Assembly: GCF_001194135.2 (NCBI RefSeq)
Contig: NC_068982.1
Coordinates: forward strand, 110,917,982 to 110,981,981
Length of the DNA: 64,000 nt
Reading direction: 5' to 3'
Origin: Octopus bimaculoides
Lineage: Eukaryota
In this document: piece by piece, positions 1-11,519 of the stretch
Position numbering within the stretch: position 1 is the stretch's first letter
Layout of the letters: each line of letters begins with the position of its first letter
Notes under the pieces: model-generated
Seen by the model: only the letters and a program-made list of their open reading frames with translations
Databases searched by the model: none
Told to the model about the DNA's origin: nothing
Program-made: the position numbers and the translations under genes

Positions 1-575
1 TATATATAAAGTACACGGTGAACACTTGCAAGCTTAAAGCTTATAATTAGTATTTACAGAATTTTCACTCATCACCGTTCATTCACCTAAGCATGTATGT
101 GCGTGTATTTATATTAATATAATCTAAACAAAAATAAGCAGAGAGAAATAACTCAAAGTGGCCAACATGCATACATATATACATACACGCGCACACACTA
201 ACGTACACTCACACGTTCTAGATTTGGAGAAAATATGTGATTGATTAATTTTTGCCTCATTAAGATTTCATACCTTCGACTGATAGCTAGGTAGATATTC
301 GACAGCGAGCAATCTTAATAGATCACATTGTTATTGTGTTGTAGTTATAAACGTGAGTAAAAGCTTGTAGCAAAATTCCACACTGCTATTAGTGATGCAG
401 TCTTTTGTTCTAAACATAGGTTTGTTGTATCAATTGATTTTCATTTGTATTCAATAAAGCAGCTAGTTACTTGCAGAATAGTAAGGAGAGTGACGGAATA
501 TATGTGGAACGCCACGCTGCATGAATATTAAATACCTATGTATATGGGATCATAGCTTGGTGTTTGTAGTACTCA

Positions 576-792
576 TTACTCTCTTTTTACTCTTTTACTT
601 GATTCAGTCATTTGACTGCGGCCATGCTGGAGCACCGCCTTTAGTTGAGCAAATCGACCCCGGGACTTATTCTTTGTAAGCCTAATACTTATTCTATCGG
701 TCTCTTTTGCCGAACCGCTAAGTTACGGGGACATAAACACACCAGCATCGGTTGTCAAGCAATGCTAGGGGGACAAACACAGACACACAAAC

Positions 793-827
<35 letters not shown>

Positions 828-986
828 CATATATACGACGGGCTTCTTTCAGTTTCCGTCTACCAAATCCACTCACAAGGCTTTGGTCGGCCCGAGGCTA
901 TAGTAGAAGACACTTGCCCAAGATGCCACGCAGTGGGACTGAACCCAGAACCATGTGGTTAGTAAGCAAGCTACTTACCACAACAG
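576..986 (-). mobile_element. tRNA-derived SINE, family A (octopus-type, internal CA/TA microsatellite, (GTAAAAGA)n tail)
   Basis: Reverse complement reads ctgttgtggtaagtagcttgcttactaaccacatggttctgggttcagtcccactgcgtggcatcttgggcaagtgtcttctactatagcc...ggcggtgctccagcatggccgcagtcaaatgactgaatcaagtaaaagagtaaaaagag. It is highly similar to the copy at 2000-2688. Confidence 0.9.
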
Positions 987-1019
987 TTCGAGCATATGTT
1001 GTTGTTGTTGTTGTGCAGT

Positions 1020-1180
1020 TGTTGGTTAGCCCGAGTCACCGCTGGTAGATCAAATTTAATGATGAAAGACGTTCCAGATATGACTATGCGGAAGAAGGGG
1101 TCACAAAGTAGGTCTACTAGCTGGGAGATGATTTATGCAACCCTACCACTGACCACACTACTCCTCCACCCCAAACATCA
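1020..1180 (-). mobile_element. Degenerate copy of interspersed repeat family D (shared ctggaacgtcttt-at-at core, (AAC)n tail)
   Basis: Reverse complement gtcatatctggaacgtctttcatcat resembles 53630-53660 (ttacaactggaacgtctttgataat) and 54640-54665. It ends in a (caa)n tract. Confidence 0.5.
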
Positions 1181-1408
1181 TAAATATCCCCATTTTTTAA
1201 TTACTGGGCAATCGTCAAGTTAGCTGTCTAGTAGTTTTTTTCACTTTCAGTTGTCGCTGGTGAATATCGTTTGGTGGTCAAATAAATTTTCACTCATCAG
1301 ACGAATTTTGGTAACAGTAGAGCTGTTTGCATTGCGCGACCACGAGCATACGCCAAGATAAACCGATTTGCTATATATGACCCTATCTAATTTATCTATG
1401 TTGTTTAG

Positions 1409-1485
1409 CTTCTTCTTCTTCTTCTTCTTCTTCTTCTTCTTCTTCTTCTTCTTCTTCTTCTTCTTCTTCTTCTTCTTCTTCTTCT
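1409..1485. repeat. (TTC)n microsatellite
   Basis: Perfect TTC array; it produces the poly-Phe ORF in the track. Confidence 0.97.
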
Positions 1486-1999
1486 ATTTCGTCTTCTGCT
1501 GGTTTTTCCCCCTCCTCCACCCATCTCCTCCTTCTCATACATACATACATACATACATACATACATACATACAGACACCTACATTAGGGTCATACATTTC
1601 TACTAAATAAGGTAATATTTGGGGCTATTAATCTATAGTAAATATACTAATACCGGGGTCATTATCTGTACAACTGATAATGACTATACTACTGATAATG
1701 GACCAATTATCTGTAGAGTCACTTTGGGCCACATAGCTGACATATATGTTGCACTGGGGGTCCCATATTTTTAAATAGACGTTTTCCAAAGATATCTGTC
1801 ACATCAATTCTTTATTATTCAGTAAAAAATCTTCTAAAACCTTTATTTACTCATCAATAATCCTATTTATATTATTTAAATTATCATTAATTATTTTTCT
1901 GAACTCCCCGTTTTTAAACCTTTAGCCTATGCCACTTGTGGGTTGCACTTTTGTTCGAAAAGGGCCGTGTTTGACATGTCTGATCTATAATAAGTATGC

Positions 2000-2688
2000 A
2001 GAGTGGCTGTGTGGTAAGTAGCTTACTTACCAACCACACGGTCCCGGGTTCAGTCCCACTGCGTGACACCTTGGGCAAGTGTCTTCTACTATAGCCTCGG
2101 ACCGACCAAAGCCTTGTGAGTGGATTTTTAGACGGAAACTGGAAGAAGCCCGTCGTATGTATATATATATATATATNNNNNNNNNNNNNNNNNNNNNNNN
2201 NNNNNNNNNNNNNNNNNNNNNNNNNNNNNNNNNNNNNNNNNNNNNNNNNNNNNNNNNNNNNNNNNNNNNNNNNNNNNNNNNNNNNNNNNNNNNNNNNNNN
2301 NNNNNNNNNNNNNNNNNNNNNNNNNNNNNNNNNNNNNNNNNNNNNNNNNNNNNNNNNNNNNNNNNNNNNNNNNNNNNNNNNNNNNNNNNNNNNNNNNNNN
2401 NNNNNNNNNNNNNNNNNNNNNNNNNNNNNNNNNNNATATATATATATATGTATGTATGTATGTATGTGTGTGTGTGTTTGTGTGTCTGTTTGTCCCCCCA
2501 GCATCGCTTGACAACCGATGCTGGCGTGTTTGCGTCCCCGTAACTTAGCGGTTCGGCAAAAGAGACCGATATAATAAGTACTAGACTTACAAAGAATAAG
2601 CTCTGGGGTCGATTTGCTCGACTAAAGGCGGTGCTCCAGCATGGCCACAGTCAAATGACTGAAACAAGTAAAAGAGTGTAAAAGAGAG
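2000..2688 (+). mobile_element. tRNA-derived SINE, family A (assembly gap inside internal microsatellite)
   Basis: Head gtggctgtgtggtaagtagcttacttaccaaccacacggtcccgggttcagtcccactgcgtgacaccttgggcaag; tail ggcggtgctccagcatggccacagtcaaatgactgaaacaagtaaaagagtgtaaaagag. Confidence 0.9.
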
Positions 2689-2717
2689 TTGAGATCATAC
2701 GTCTGTATTAAATATGA

Positions 2718-2825
2718 AAATATTTGGAGGTATTAATCTGCACTGAATATGCTAATATCGAGGGTCGTAAATCTCTATTAAATATGCCAATTTTTGGTGT
2801 CATTCATCTGTACTAAATATGGTTG
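2718..2825. repeat. Degenerate ~35-bp minisatellite (3 units), related units at ~1612-1690
   Basis: Units aatatttggaggtattaatctgcactgaatatgct / aatatcgagggtcgtaaatctctattaaatatgcc / aatttttggtgtcattcatctgtactaaatatggt. Confidence 0.55.
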
Positions 2826-3253
2826 TGTTTTGGTTTAAAAATCGGCATTAAATATACTTCATACACTTCTGCTTCAAGAGATATCAACGATCTCAAGTTT
2901 TGGATGAAATGAACAGCGGCCTTGTATTGTCAAGCAAATATGGAATATAACATCAAAGATTACAATTTCCTTGCCTGATAAATACGATTGAAGGCGTATA
3001 TGTGATTTTATATGCATAAATAGTTGATAATATACAATACTCAGGCTGTATAACGTTCCGTGTAATTTTGCTTGGTTTCAATTCATCACTTGTAGGCTAG
3101 TTAAGGAACAATGTATTTCGCTTACTTATAACTATATGCAGCAAGTGAGCGTAACCACTACACTTCCTCCTGAAGAAAATCCCCAAATTGGCTGAATCTG
3201 AAAACCAGAATTGTTGATGAAAACAATGTCTTTTAACCTAAATTATTAGTTTT

Positions 3254-3256
3254 ACG

Positions 3257-3299
<43 letters not shown>

Positions 3300-3368
3300 T
3301 CACATACGCACACACACACACACTCACACACACACTCACACAGACACACACACACACACTCACACACA
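3254..3368. repeat. (GC)n(CA)n compound microsatellite
   Basis: Direct reading of the sequence. Confidence 0.95.
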
Positions 3369-3702
3369 AATTACTGAAGCATATTATATTTTAAAGACAT
3401 TTTCATCCTGGTTTTCGGTGTATAATGTGTGTACATACATACATACATACATACACACATACACACATACATAATATACGTATACGTTTATCCATGTATG
3501 TAAATAAGCATGGATGTATATAATGAAAGCAATAAGCAAAGAGGTACGGGAGGGGGAAAGTTTTAACAAATAAATTTTAACAAATGATTTAATAATATGA
3601 ATATTATTTATGTCTCTATGTGAGTGTATATATATATTTGTGTATGTTTATATTTGAATACGTGTATATTAATATACACATACACACACACACACACGCA
3701 CA

Positions 3703-3771
<69 letters not shown>

Positions 3772-5199
3772 GACTCACTTATACCCACGCACGCACACGT
3801 GTATGTGACAGTATTTATGTGATTGTGTATGGGTTTCTTTATTTTAGTTGTTCATTCGCACATTTTCTGGTTGATGGTGGTGGCGGTGATGGTGGTGGTG
3901 ATTTTGGTAGTGATGGTGGTGATTATGAAGGGGGCTATTTTTGAGTATTTTTACATATTTCTCAAGTTGTATATAATTTATTCATATTTACCCTATATTA
4001 GATTATATACTCAATTTAACGCTTACTATTCGCTCTATGTTATTTAAGATCTTATATAGTTTAGTATTCCGTTTTCTTTATCTGTCTTCCAGCTCAATTC
4101 TATATAATCTTTTACGTTTATTTTTCATTTAACATAGTCACATAAAAAATCGTTGAAAAACTCTACCGACCACTAATAGCTCAGGCGTACTGTAATTCAA
4201 TAAATCATAAATCAAGAATGTTTGTAACATAACTCAATCCTTGCCTGTCAGATATCTTGATATACGTCCGTAATGTGGAGCAACAGCAGAGAAGTTGAAG
4301 CGTCTTAATAAACAAAATGGTTAATCTATAACGACGCATCAAGCACATCAGCTCCCCAAACTGTAAAGAACAGAAATGCGTGAATGGTAAACATTACAGC
4401 CAAGCTCATTTACTGCATACTTCTAAATATTTTAAAGTTTTTACAGCGAATGAAGAGAACAAGAAGTAAAAATAAGATAAAATTTGTAAGCCAATACAAA
4501 AATATGTACATTTTTAATCATCGAAATAGGCTGAAGTGTGATTAGAAAATGCACAAGTTTGTTACATTCCAGTTTTATTTCTCTTTTTACATATCCAGCG
4601 GCTTCTCATCTCTTTACTCCCTCTCTCTCTTTCTCTCGCTCTTTTCCTCTCTCACCTTCCCTCTGACTTTCCTTCTTTCCCTCTATCTCTCCCTCCCTCT
4701 CTCTCTCTCACTCTATCTTTCTCTTACTCCTTTTCTCTCTCACTCATAATATATTTAATGAATTTCACATGACTGACATCAGCTTTCGAACCTTCTGGTT
4801 TAGTCATCAGTCATTTAGTGATGAGTGAATGACTTGTGACGTACGCATTAGGAAGTAATAAAACGTCAATGACGAATAGGTGATATAAGTGATAAAAGGT
4901 GACGGATAGCTGGCGGTGGGGAACGATAGAAGATATTAGAGTTTTAAGTAGTTTTGGTGGTGGTGGTGGTGGTGTTTGTTACGTAACTTTCCGATGATGT
5001 CTGCAAGGTAAACCTGAGTCTTTGAAATTCATTTATCATTAGACTTAACTAATTTTTACAATATTCTTTACAGTTAAGTTGATTTAAGTGGTTCATTAAG
5101 GCAACACATTTTCTACTTAAAGAACATCTTTGTTATCTAACATGTGGCTGGGAGAAAATCTGCTCCTGGTGTTATAAATGCAGTTTCTAACTTAAACAC

Positions 5200-5440
5200 A
5201 AGACTCCATATTTAGGTGTTGAGGAATAATTGATCAAATGGAAACCAATAGATGACAGGTACTTATTTTATGAATCCCAGATGAGCTGAATTTTAGTCTT
5301 CGTCTTCTATTATAATTCAATTCATATCATTGGAGCTTTAAAGAAATATTAAATTGACCCCAGTAACTGAATGGTATTTTATTTTATCGACCCTTAGATG
5401 AAAAGAACAGATGTCCTTAGCGTGATTTGAACACAGAACT
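5200..5440 (-). mobile_element. Old degenerate fragments of SINE family B (Deu/Nin-domain type)
   Basis: attgaccccagtaactgaatggtattttattttatcgacccttagatgaaaag...tttgaacacagaac is a decayed version of the family B copy at 53775-53973. Confidence 0.6.
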
Positions 5441-5766
5441 TTTTTTTTAAATGAATGTATTTAAATACCATGAAATATTTTCTCCTAAAGCTCTACCGAG
5501 TCTATTCTCTCATGCCGTTCTGATACTATACTACACCTTACTCATTTAAAAACTTTTTTTACTAGTTTCAATCACTGGACTACAGGAATTTTGGGGCATT
5601 GTACCCTAGGGTTTTCGGCGATTAAAAAAAGCCTAAGTACTTATTTTATTCATCTCTATTTGTTGAATGACTAAGTTGCATAGTAACATTTTTGACAGAA
5701 AGTCGACATATATTTTTGACGCACTAGAAATACTGAATTTCACAAGTATACACATATAGCTGAGGG

Positions 5767-5800
<34 letters not shown>

Positions 5801-6829
5801 NNNNNNNNNNNNNNNNNNNNNNNNNNNNNNNNNNNNNNNNNNNNNNNNNNNNNNNNNNNNNNNNNNNNNNNNNNNNNNNNNNNNNNNNNNNNNNNNNNNN
5901 NNNNNNNNNNNNNNNNNNNNNNNNNNNNNNNNNNNNNNNNNNNNNNNNNNNNNNNNNNNNNNNNNNNNNNNNNNNNNNNNNNNNNNNNNNNNNNNNNNNN
6001 NNNNNNNNNNNNNNNNNNNNNNNNNNNNNNNNNNNNNNNNNNNNNNNNNNNNNNNNNNNNNNNNNNNNNNNNNNNNNNNNNNNNNNNNNNNNNNNNNNNN
6101 NNNNNNNNNNNNNNNNNNNNNNNNNNNNNNNNNNNNNNNNNNNNNNNNNNNNNNNNNNNNNNNNNNNNNNNNNNNNNNNNNNNNNNNNNNNNNNNNNNNN
6201 NNNNNNNNNNNNNNNNNNNNNNNNNNNNNNNNNNNNNNNNNNNNNNNNNNNNNNNNNNNNNNNNNNNNNNNNNNNNNNNNNNNNNNNNNNNNNNNNNNNN
6301 NNNNNNNNNNNNNNNNNNNNNNNNNNNNNNNNNNNNTATATATATATATATATATATATGTTGCGTGTTTATCCGCCACCGAAGTATGCTGGCAGAAAAT
6401 ATACATTGTGGTTATTATTCCACTCGAGCTTTACATACACTTACTGATTGAACCGATTGGAAACCTATAATCTATGACACTATTATTTTAGGAAATGTTT
6501 AATCTAATAATATTTAGAGGTTAGTTTTTGTAAAATATTTTGATATCTTAGTATTTGGGAACTTCTCCATTCTTCATTTGTTTGTGGTGTCGTCAAAGGA
6601 AGAACGTCAATGACTTTTTACAGCGAGAATGGTGTGAGCAGTAGGGAGGAAGACAACATGATTCATGAGTTGCTTCAATAAATGCAAGATGATATTGAGC
6701 TCTCATTAGGCTGGCTTCGTGGTCCGAATGCATAGAGTAGACTTGACTCTGTCGAAGTACACAAAGCACACAAAAGCCAGGAAAGGTGATAAACCGGGGA
6801 CGGTTTAAGCAAATCAATTCGAGAACAGG

Positions 6830-6965
6830 TGCGGTCTATCTGATGGGCTTCCACTCAGTTTCCGTCAACTCATTTCAACACGAGGCAACATGCTGTGCAG
6901 TAGGATCGAATCTAGAACCACGTGATTGTGAAGTGAACTTCTTAACCAGAGAGCCTTGCTCGCAT
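6830..6965 (-). mobile_element. Degenerate 5' head of SINE family A
   Basis: gggcttccactcagtttccgtc...ggatcgaatctagaaccacgtgattgtgaagtgaacttcttaacc aligns with 840-985. Confidence 0.6.
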
Positions 6966-8324
6966 CTATTTTCAATAATAAACTTAAGCATCATGCTCCA
7001 TTATGAGGAGTTATATAAATTTGTGTTGAAACAAATGGATGAGCTGAAATCTGTAAATTCGAAGCTCGTTATCGGATACATTAACATTAGCCATTATCTA
7101 GCAACTGAAAGTTTATTTCGTGTACTGCTCAAGTTCCTGGGGCAGTGATGCTATTGCTGTTACATCGACAAACCACACAGAACTAATCTAAGAAAGTTAT
7201 GTGATTGGTTACTAAGTTCGTGCTTACTTACCTAGTGTAGTGAGTATCAAAACTTTTATGAGAAATACAAATGCACTAATAAGCAGAGAAGATAATATTA
7301 GCTCAGTGACAAATAGTATTTTATTAATTTAGGCATGTAAAAAACAAAACCTCGGATATGTTCCGGTCTTAGTAGACTTCTTCACGTATGATATAGTGAT
7401 GAGGGAGTCACTAAGTAGATACACAGCAACGTAAACGGGAAGTTATGACAAATCAGAATATTTGATAAAAATAAACCTCATGTTAACCACTTAGAGATGC
7501 CACTTACACGAAAAACAATATTAAAAAATGATTCTCGAAAATATGATTAGGAATGTATATGCGGTGAGGAAAGGGCAACATTTTTCAATGATTGGCAAGG
7601 ATTTACTAACCAACACAATACAATCAGTAGCTTACAGATATTCTGTTTTCTCTCTGTTTATTTTACAACAGATACTGCTTCGAATTAAGTAGCTGATTCC
7701 CATCGCTGTTTAGGAGCCACTCAACCCAGCAGTTTCTCCTCATTTCTTCCCCCCTTTTGTGCTTTTCCCAACCCAGATCCAGCAGAAAACGTTTTCTCTG
7801 GCTCATCTACTCAAAGCTGAATCTATCTGGAATTTTCTTTTCGTGATTTCGTCTTGCTGATGTTTCAATCAAAGTGAACACCAATGCTAACGATCTCAGC
7901 AGTCTGAGAGGGATCTACAAAGGTCAGGGGCGCTGCCCCTTCTCCGCTGACTTACAAATAAAAGAGGAAATTATAAATTGAGGATGAAAGGATGCATTAT
8001 CATATGGAGAAAATACACAAAAAGTAACAAACAATATATGAAGAAGTTCTTGATATATTCTGCTTTAAAAATCTGAAATGAAAAGAAGGATTTCAATAAT
8101 AATCCGTCCTGACTAAAAATGTTTAGAAAGTGACTGACATCGGATGTAACATATAGATTGTCAACTTTGAAACTTTCAGCAAAGTACATGAAAATAAAGT
8201 ACAAAAGAAAAGAGATTAGTGGATTAATGGAATGATGTAATAAATTTAAATCTTTCCGCAGATCCTTGGAACTACACGATATTCAACTTCATGACGTCAT
8301 GAGCCAACAAGGAAGCATCTACTT

Positions 8325-8545
8325 ATTATGACTCCGGCATGTTAGAAATAGCAACCAAATCTCTTTCGCCCTACTTGAAGGAGGGGCCCTAGCAACAGTA
8401 GTGAAAGAATCGCCTTAAAAATAGAAAGGATACATTCGATTATGCAGCCCTCTCCTTGTCGAAAGAAAAGGTGGGATGGTCATGGCGGGAATACAAAGAT
8501 GAGAACACTAAAGAACAACAGTAACGACATGTTATAAACCAGATT
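8325..8545 (+). mobile_element. Degenerate copy of repeat family D
   Basis: gttagaaatagcaaccaaatctc...aaaggatacattcgattatgcagccc...gatggtcatggcgggaat shares motifs with 53515-53700 and 44585-44725. Confidence 0.5.
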
Positions 8546-8614
8546 GTGGAGAATGTTACACAAAAACCCTGCAGTGTATTTGAACCCTTGACCTATGAGG
8601 TCCTAATTCAATCC

Positions 8615-8795
8615 AATATCGATTTCAGTGACCAGATCTGAAGCAGCCCATTTTTGTAATCAGTCTAACTGGTACTCATTTAATCAACACTACATGAAAG
8701 ATAAATGGCAGAATCGACCGTGGCTAGATTTGAACCTAATGTAATTGCTGCAAGATATATAGCTGAGCACTTTACTGCTTCTGCCGTTACGCTCC
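8615..8795 (-). mobile_element. Old SINE family B copy
   Basis: actggtactcatttaatcaac...atgaaagataaatggcagaatcgaccgtggctagatttgaac matches the family B body on the minus strand. Confidence 0.6.
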
Positions 8796-9583
8796 ACAAT
8801 TTATATTGGCGTACGGGGAGGTAAGAGACGTAATCGTGAAGAGTACAAGACTTTGCACTACTACAAAAAAAAAAAAAAAAAATTCTAAATACTTTCGCGT
8901 TGCTGGTTCTATGGATTAGCTTGTTTGGTTATCATTCCTGACAATCAGAAGAACAATGGAGGCTAGTAATACCTTCTTTTATTCGAAGTTGTTTTACCTG
9001 GAATCAAACATGGCCGCACAGACCTTTCACTAAATGCACATCTTATTGGATAAGGTACAACAGTATACAATCTGTCCTTTTTGAGATGGTGTGGTATGAA
9101 TTAAGAGAGGTTTGGTTGCTATTTTCAGCAGGTAAGTCGACTACATAGAGATTCCCTTGTTGGCGCATTTAAATATAGTTTCTTTTTTTTTCTTTTAATG
9201 TTGGAATATATAGAAACCGTTGCAAATATCAACTCTCTCAAACGGTTATCTACAGGAAGTATAATTTATTTTATATATTTATATCTCAGTTAAGAAACTA
9301 AAATACTGCAACATCCGGTTGGCGATCATTTTAAGTCTCTTGCATATATAAGCTCAATGCAGAATATGTAAATTAATTTCCCTGAAGTGTTAGTTGTACA
9401 TACATGTTATATTATTAGTTGTGCAGCTCACTGCTGAAAGCAGAAGGAACTATGCTTAATTGACGAGTACCTCGTTAACATGGAATTCTGCACACAAGTT
9501 TTCCCATGAATATATTTTTAGGCAGAAGCGTTCGTTCTTATGTAACGTGTCTATACATGCGCTCGCGCGATAAGATGTTGTGT

Positions 9584-9631
<48 letters not shown>

Positions 9632-9828
9632 TGTCTATGCATGCGCGAGTACGTGTTTTAAATTGGTTTAAATCAATAGTATTCTGGCAGTGCTGGAGCA
9701 CCACAGTGGGAGTAGTCTGAGTAGTTCATACAAATTACTACTTTTTGTTTCGTTTTGCTTTGTTATTTCTTCTTGAAATGTCAAGATTAGAGTAACGAAG
9801 TTGTCAAACTCTAGACCAAACACCGACT

Positions 9829-9917
9829 AATAACAACAACAACAACAACAACAATAACAACAACAATAATAATAATAATAATAATAATAATGATAATAAT
9901 AATGATAATAATAATAA
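9829..9917. repeat. (AAC)n(AAT)n microsatellite
   Basis: Direct reading of the sequence. Confidence 0.95.
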
Positions 9918-10170
9918 AAGAAAAAGGTTCACTGAAACAGAGAATTATGCATGCATAAACACGTGTTTCTAAAAACACTATGATTTACGGATAAATATAA
10001 ACAGTTGTAGAAGGAAGAGTGGGTGAAAATGTGGCTAGTCTGGGATCTACGCGCACATATACACATTTGCGTGTGCAGGATAAATGCAAACAGGAACTAA
10101 CGGACACCATACACTCTTGATTTTAGAATGACCGGATACCATCTGGCGCGTAGAAAAATACTTGGTCGAT

Positions 10171-10190
10171 GGTGACGTCAGTCACGTGCG
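10171..10190. promoter_or_regulatory. Abutting CRE (TGACGTCA) and E-box (GTCACGTG) in a CpG-retaining, repeat-free patch
   Basis: TGACGTCA at 10173-10180 is immediately followed by GTCACGTG at 10181-10188. A CATAAAAG TATA-like element lies at ~10382. Function is inferred only. Confidence 0.35.
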
Positions 10191-10869
10191 AGCAGGCATG
10201 CTCCTCGATTGATCTTAGCGGTCGGTAGCTGGTTGACACGCATGTTTTTATGCGTGATATGATGACAGTGGAGTTGAAGATTTTTACTGTTTGATGGCGT
10301 TTTCGAGTGTTTGTCAGAGCACTTGAGAAGGCTGTTCAGTCTAAGTATTTGTCAAATAACGAGAAAAAGCAAGTGTGTATGCATAAAAGACGAGTTGACA
10401 GAAGGCGGTGTTATTTTTATGTTAAAACGAAGGTGTGGGCTATTCTCGACTATTCACAACAGCAGCGAGAGTTGACGAGAGTTAATTTCCTGGAATCAGG
10501 GCAACCTTTTCTCTCTCGAACTATCTATCAAACTATCTCGTTATGTATCTATCTATCAACATTTTATTGTTTGACATTTAAGATAAAGACAGGAATACAT
10601 TTCCATTGATAATGATTAGTGTTTCAGACAAATTGTGCTTAATAAGTTGGAATGGTCTTAGGTGTTGAAATAGTTGCTATGAACATAAAATAACACAAAA
10701 TGAACATCATCATCATCACCATTATTATGGTTACTATTGTTGTTGTTTCAGTCGTCTTAAATTTAAGACTTCTTGCCTTGAGTGGATGTAGTCTTTTGTT
10801 ACATTTTTGTGGTTTCGGTTGTATGGAATTGTATTGAAATAAGCATTATTACTATTATTTGATATTGAT

Positions 10870-11150
10870 TATTATTATTATTATTATTGTTCAGTAGTTT
10901 TATTTTTGTAACGTGCTTTCACTTCACTACTGAGCGCAGCTCTGTGCGCCTTGGGTATGTGCTGTGGTTTGCTGTGATGCTCTTATGGTTACTGTATTGA
11001 AAGTGTTTTGCGTAGAATGTGTGCAGTACCCAGTAGTGCAATTTTCTGTATATTATATATATTTGTAAGTCCTGGTGTTTTTGTTATGTATTTGTCTGAA
11101 TAAAAAAAAAAAAATTTTAAATATTCAGACAAATACATAACAAAAACACC
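10870..11150 (-). mobile_element. R4/Dong-clade LINE 3' end (ORF C-terminus + 3'UTR)
   Basis: Minus-strand peptide TPGLTNIYNIQKIALLGTAHILRKTLSIQ* is typical of the RLE-LINE C-terminus. It ends in an (AAT)n tail. Confidence 0.8.
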
Positions 11151-11159
11151 AGGACTTAT

Positions 11160-11180
11160 TATTATTATTATTATTATTAC

Positions 11181-11232
<52 letters not shown>

Positions 11233-11335
11233 NNNNNNNNNNNNNNNNNNNNNNNNNNNNNNNNNNNNNNNNNNNNNNNNNNNNNNNNNNNNNNNNNNNN
11301 TGTCATCATCATCATCATCATCATCATCATCACTA
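11160..11335. repeat. (ATT)n / gap / (ATC)n microsatellite
   Basis: Direct reading of the sequence. Confidence 0.95.
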
Positions 11336-11339
11336 TTGC

Positions 11340-11515
11340 TGTTACTACTGCAGATGTTATTCTTGTTGCTGTTTTCGCTAGTTTCACAGTAGTATTTTTC
11401 TGCACTACCAGGTGCATAGCTGTTTTCCTGAAGTGTGTGTGCCCTATCGACATTTGGAAGAGTGGGAAGGTGTTTGGCATGTTATATCTAATTTTCTGCT
11501 TTATGTTATTCATTG
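11340..11515 (-). mobile_element. Probable second decayed Dong-like LINE 3' end
   Basis: NNIKQKIRYNMPNTFPLFQMSIGHTHFRKT weakly parallels the IPG.P.L.EIQK..L.TAHILRK terminus. Confidence 0.4.
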
Positions 11516-11519
11516 TGAC

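Noticed and set aside
4770-4830. Hammerhead-like CTGATGA...GAAA on the minus strand
   Set aside because: Stem II lacks the closing purine-pyrimidine pair, and stems I and III cannot be formed around a UH cleavage site.
7233-7420. Minus-strand unit ending CTAG|gtaagt
   Set aside because: The donor is strong but there is no open frame or convincing partner exon, and such motifs are expected by chance in 64 kb.
8289-8302. 14-bp perfect palindrome tcatgacgtcatga containing a CRE
   Set aside because: It is isolated, adjacent to a decayed repeat, and has no promoter context.
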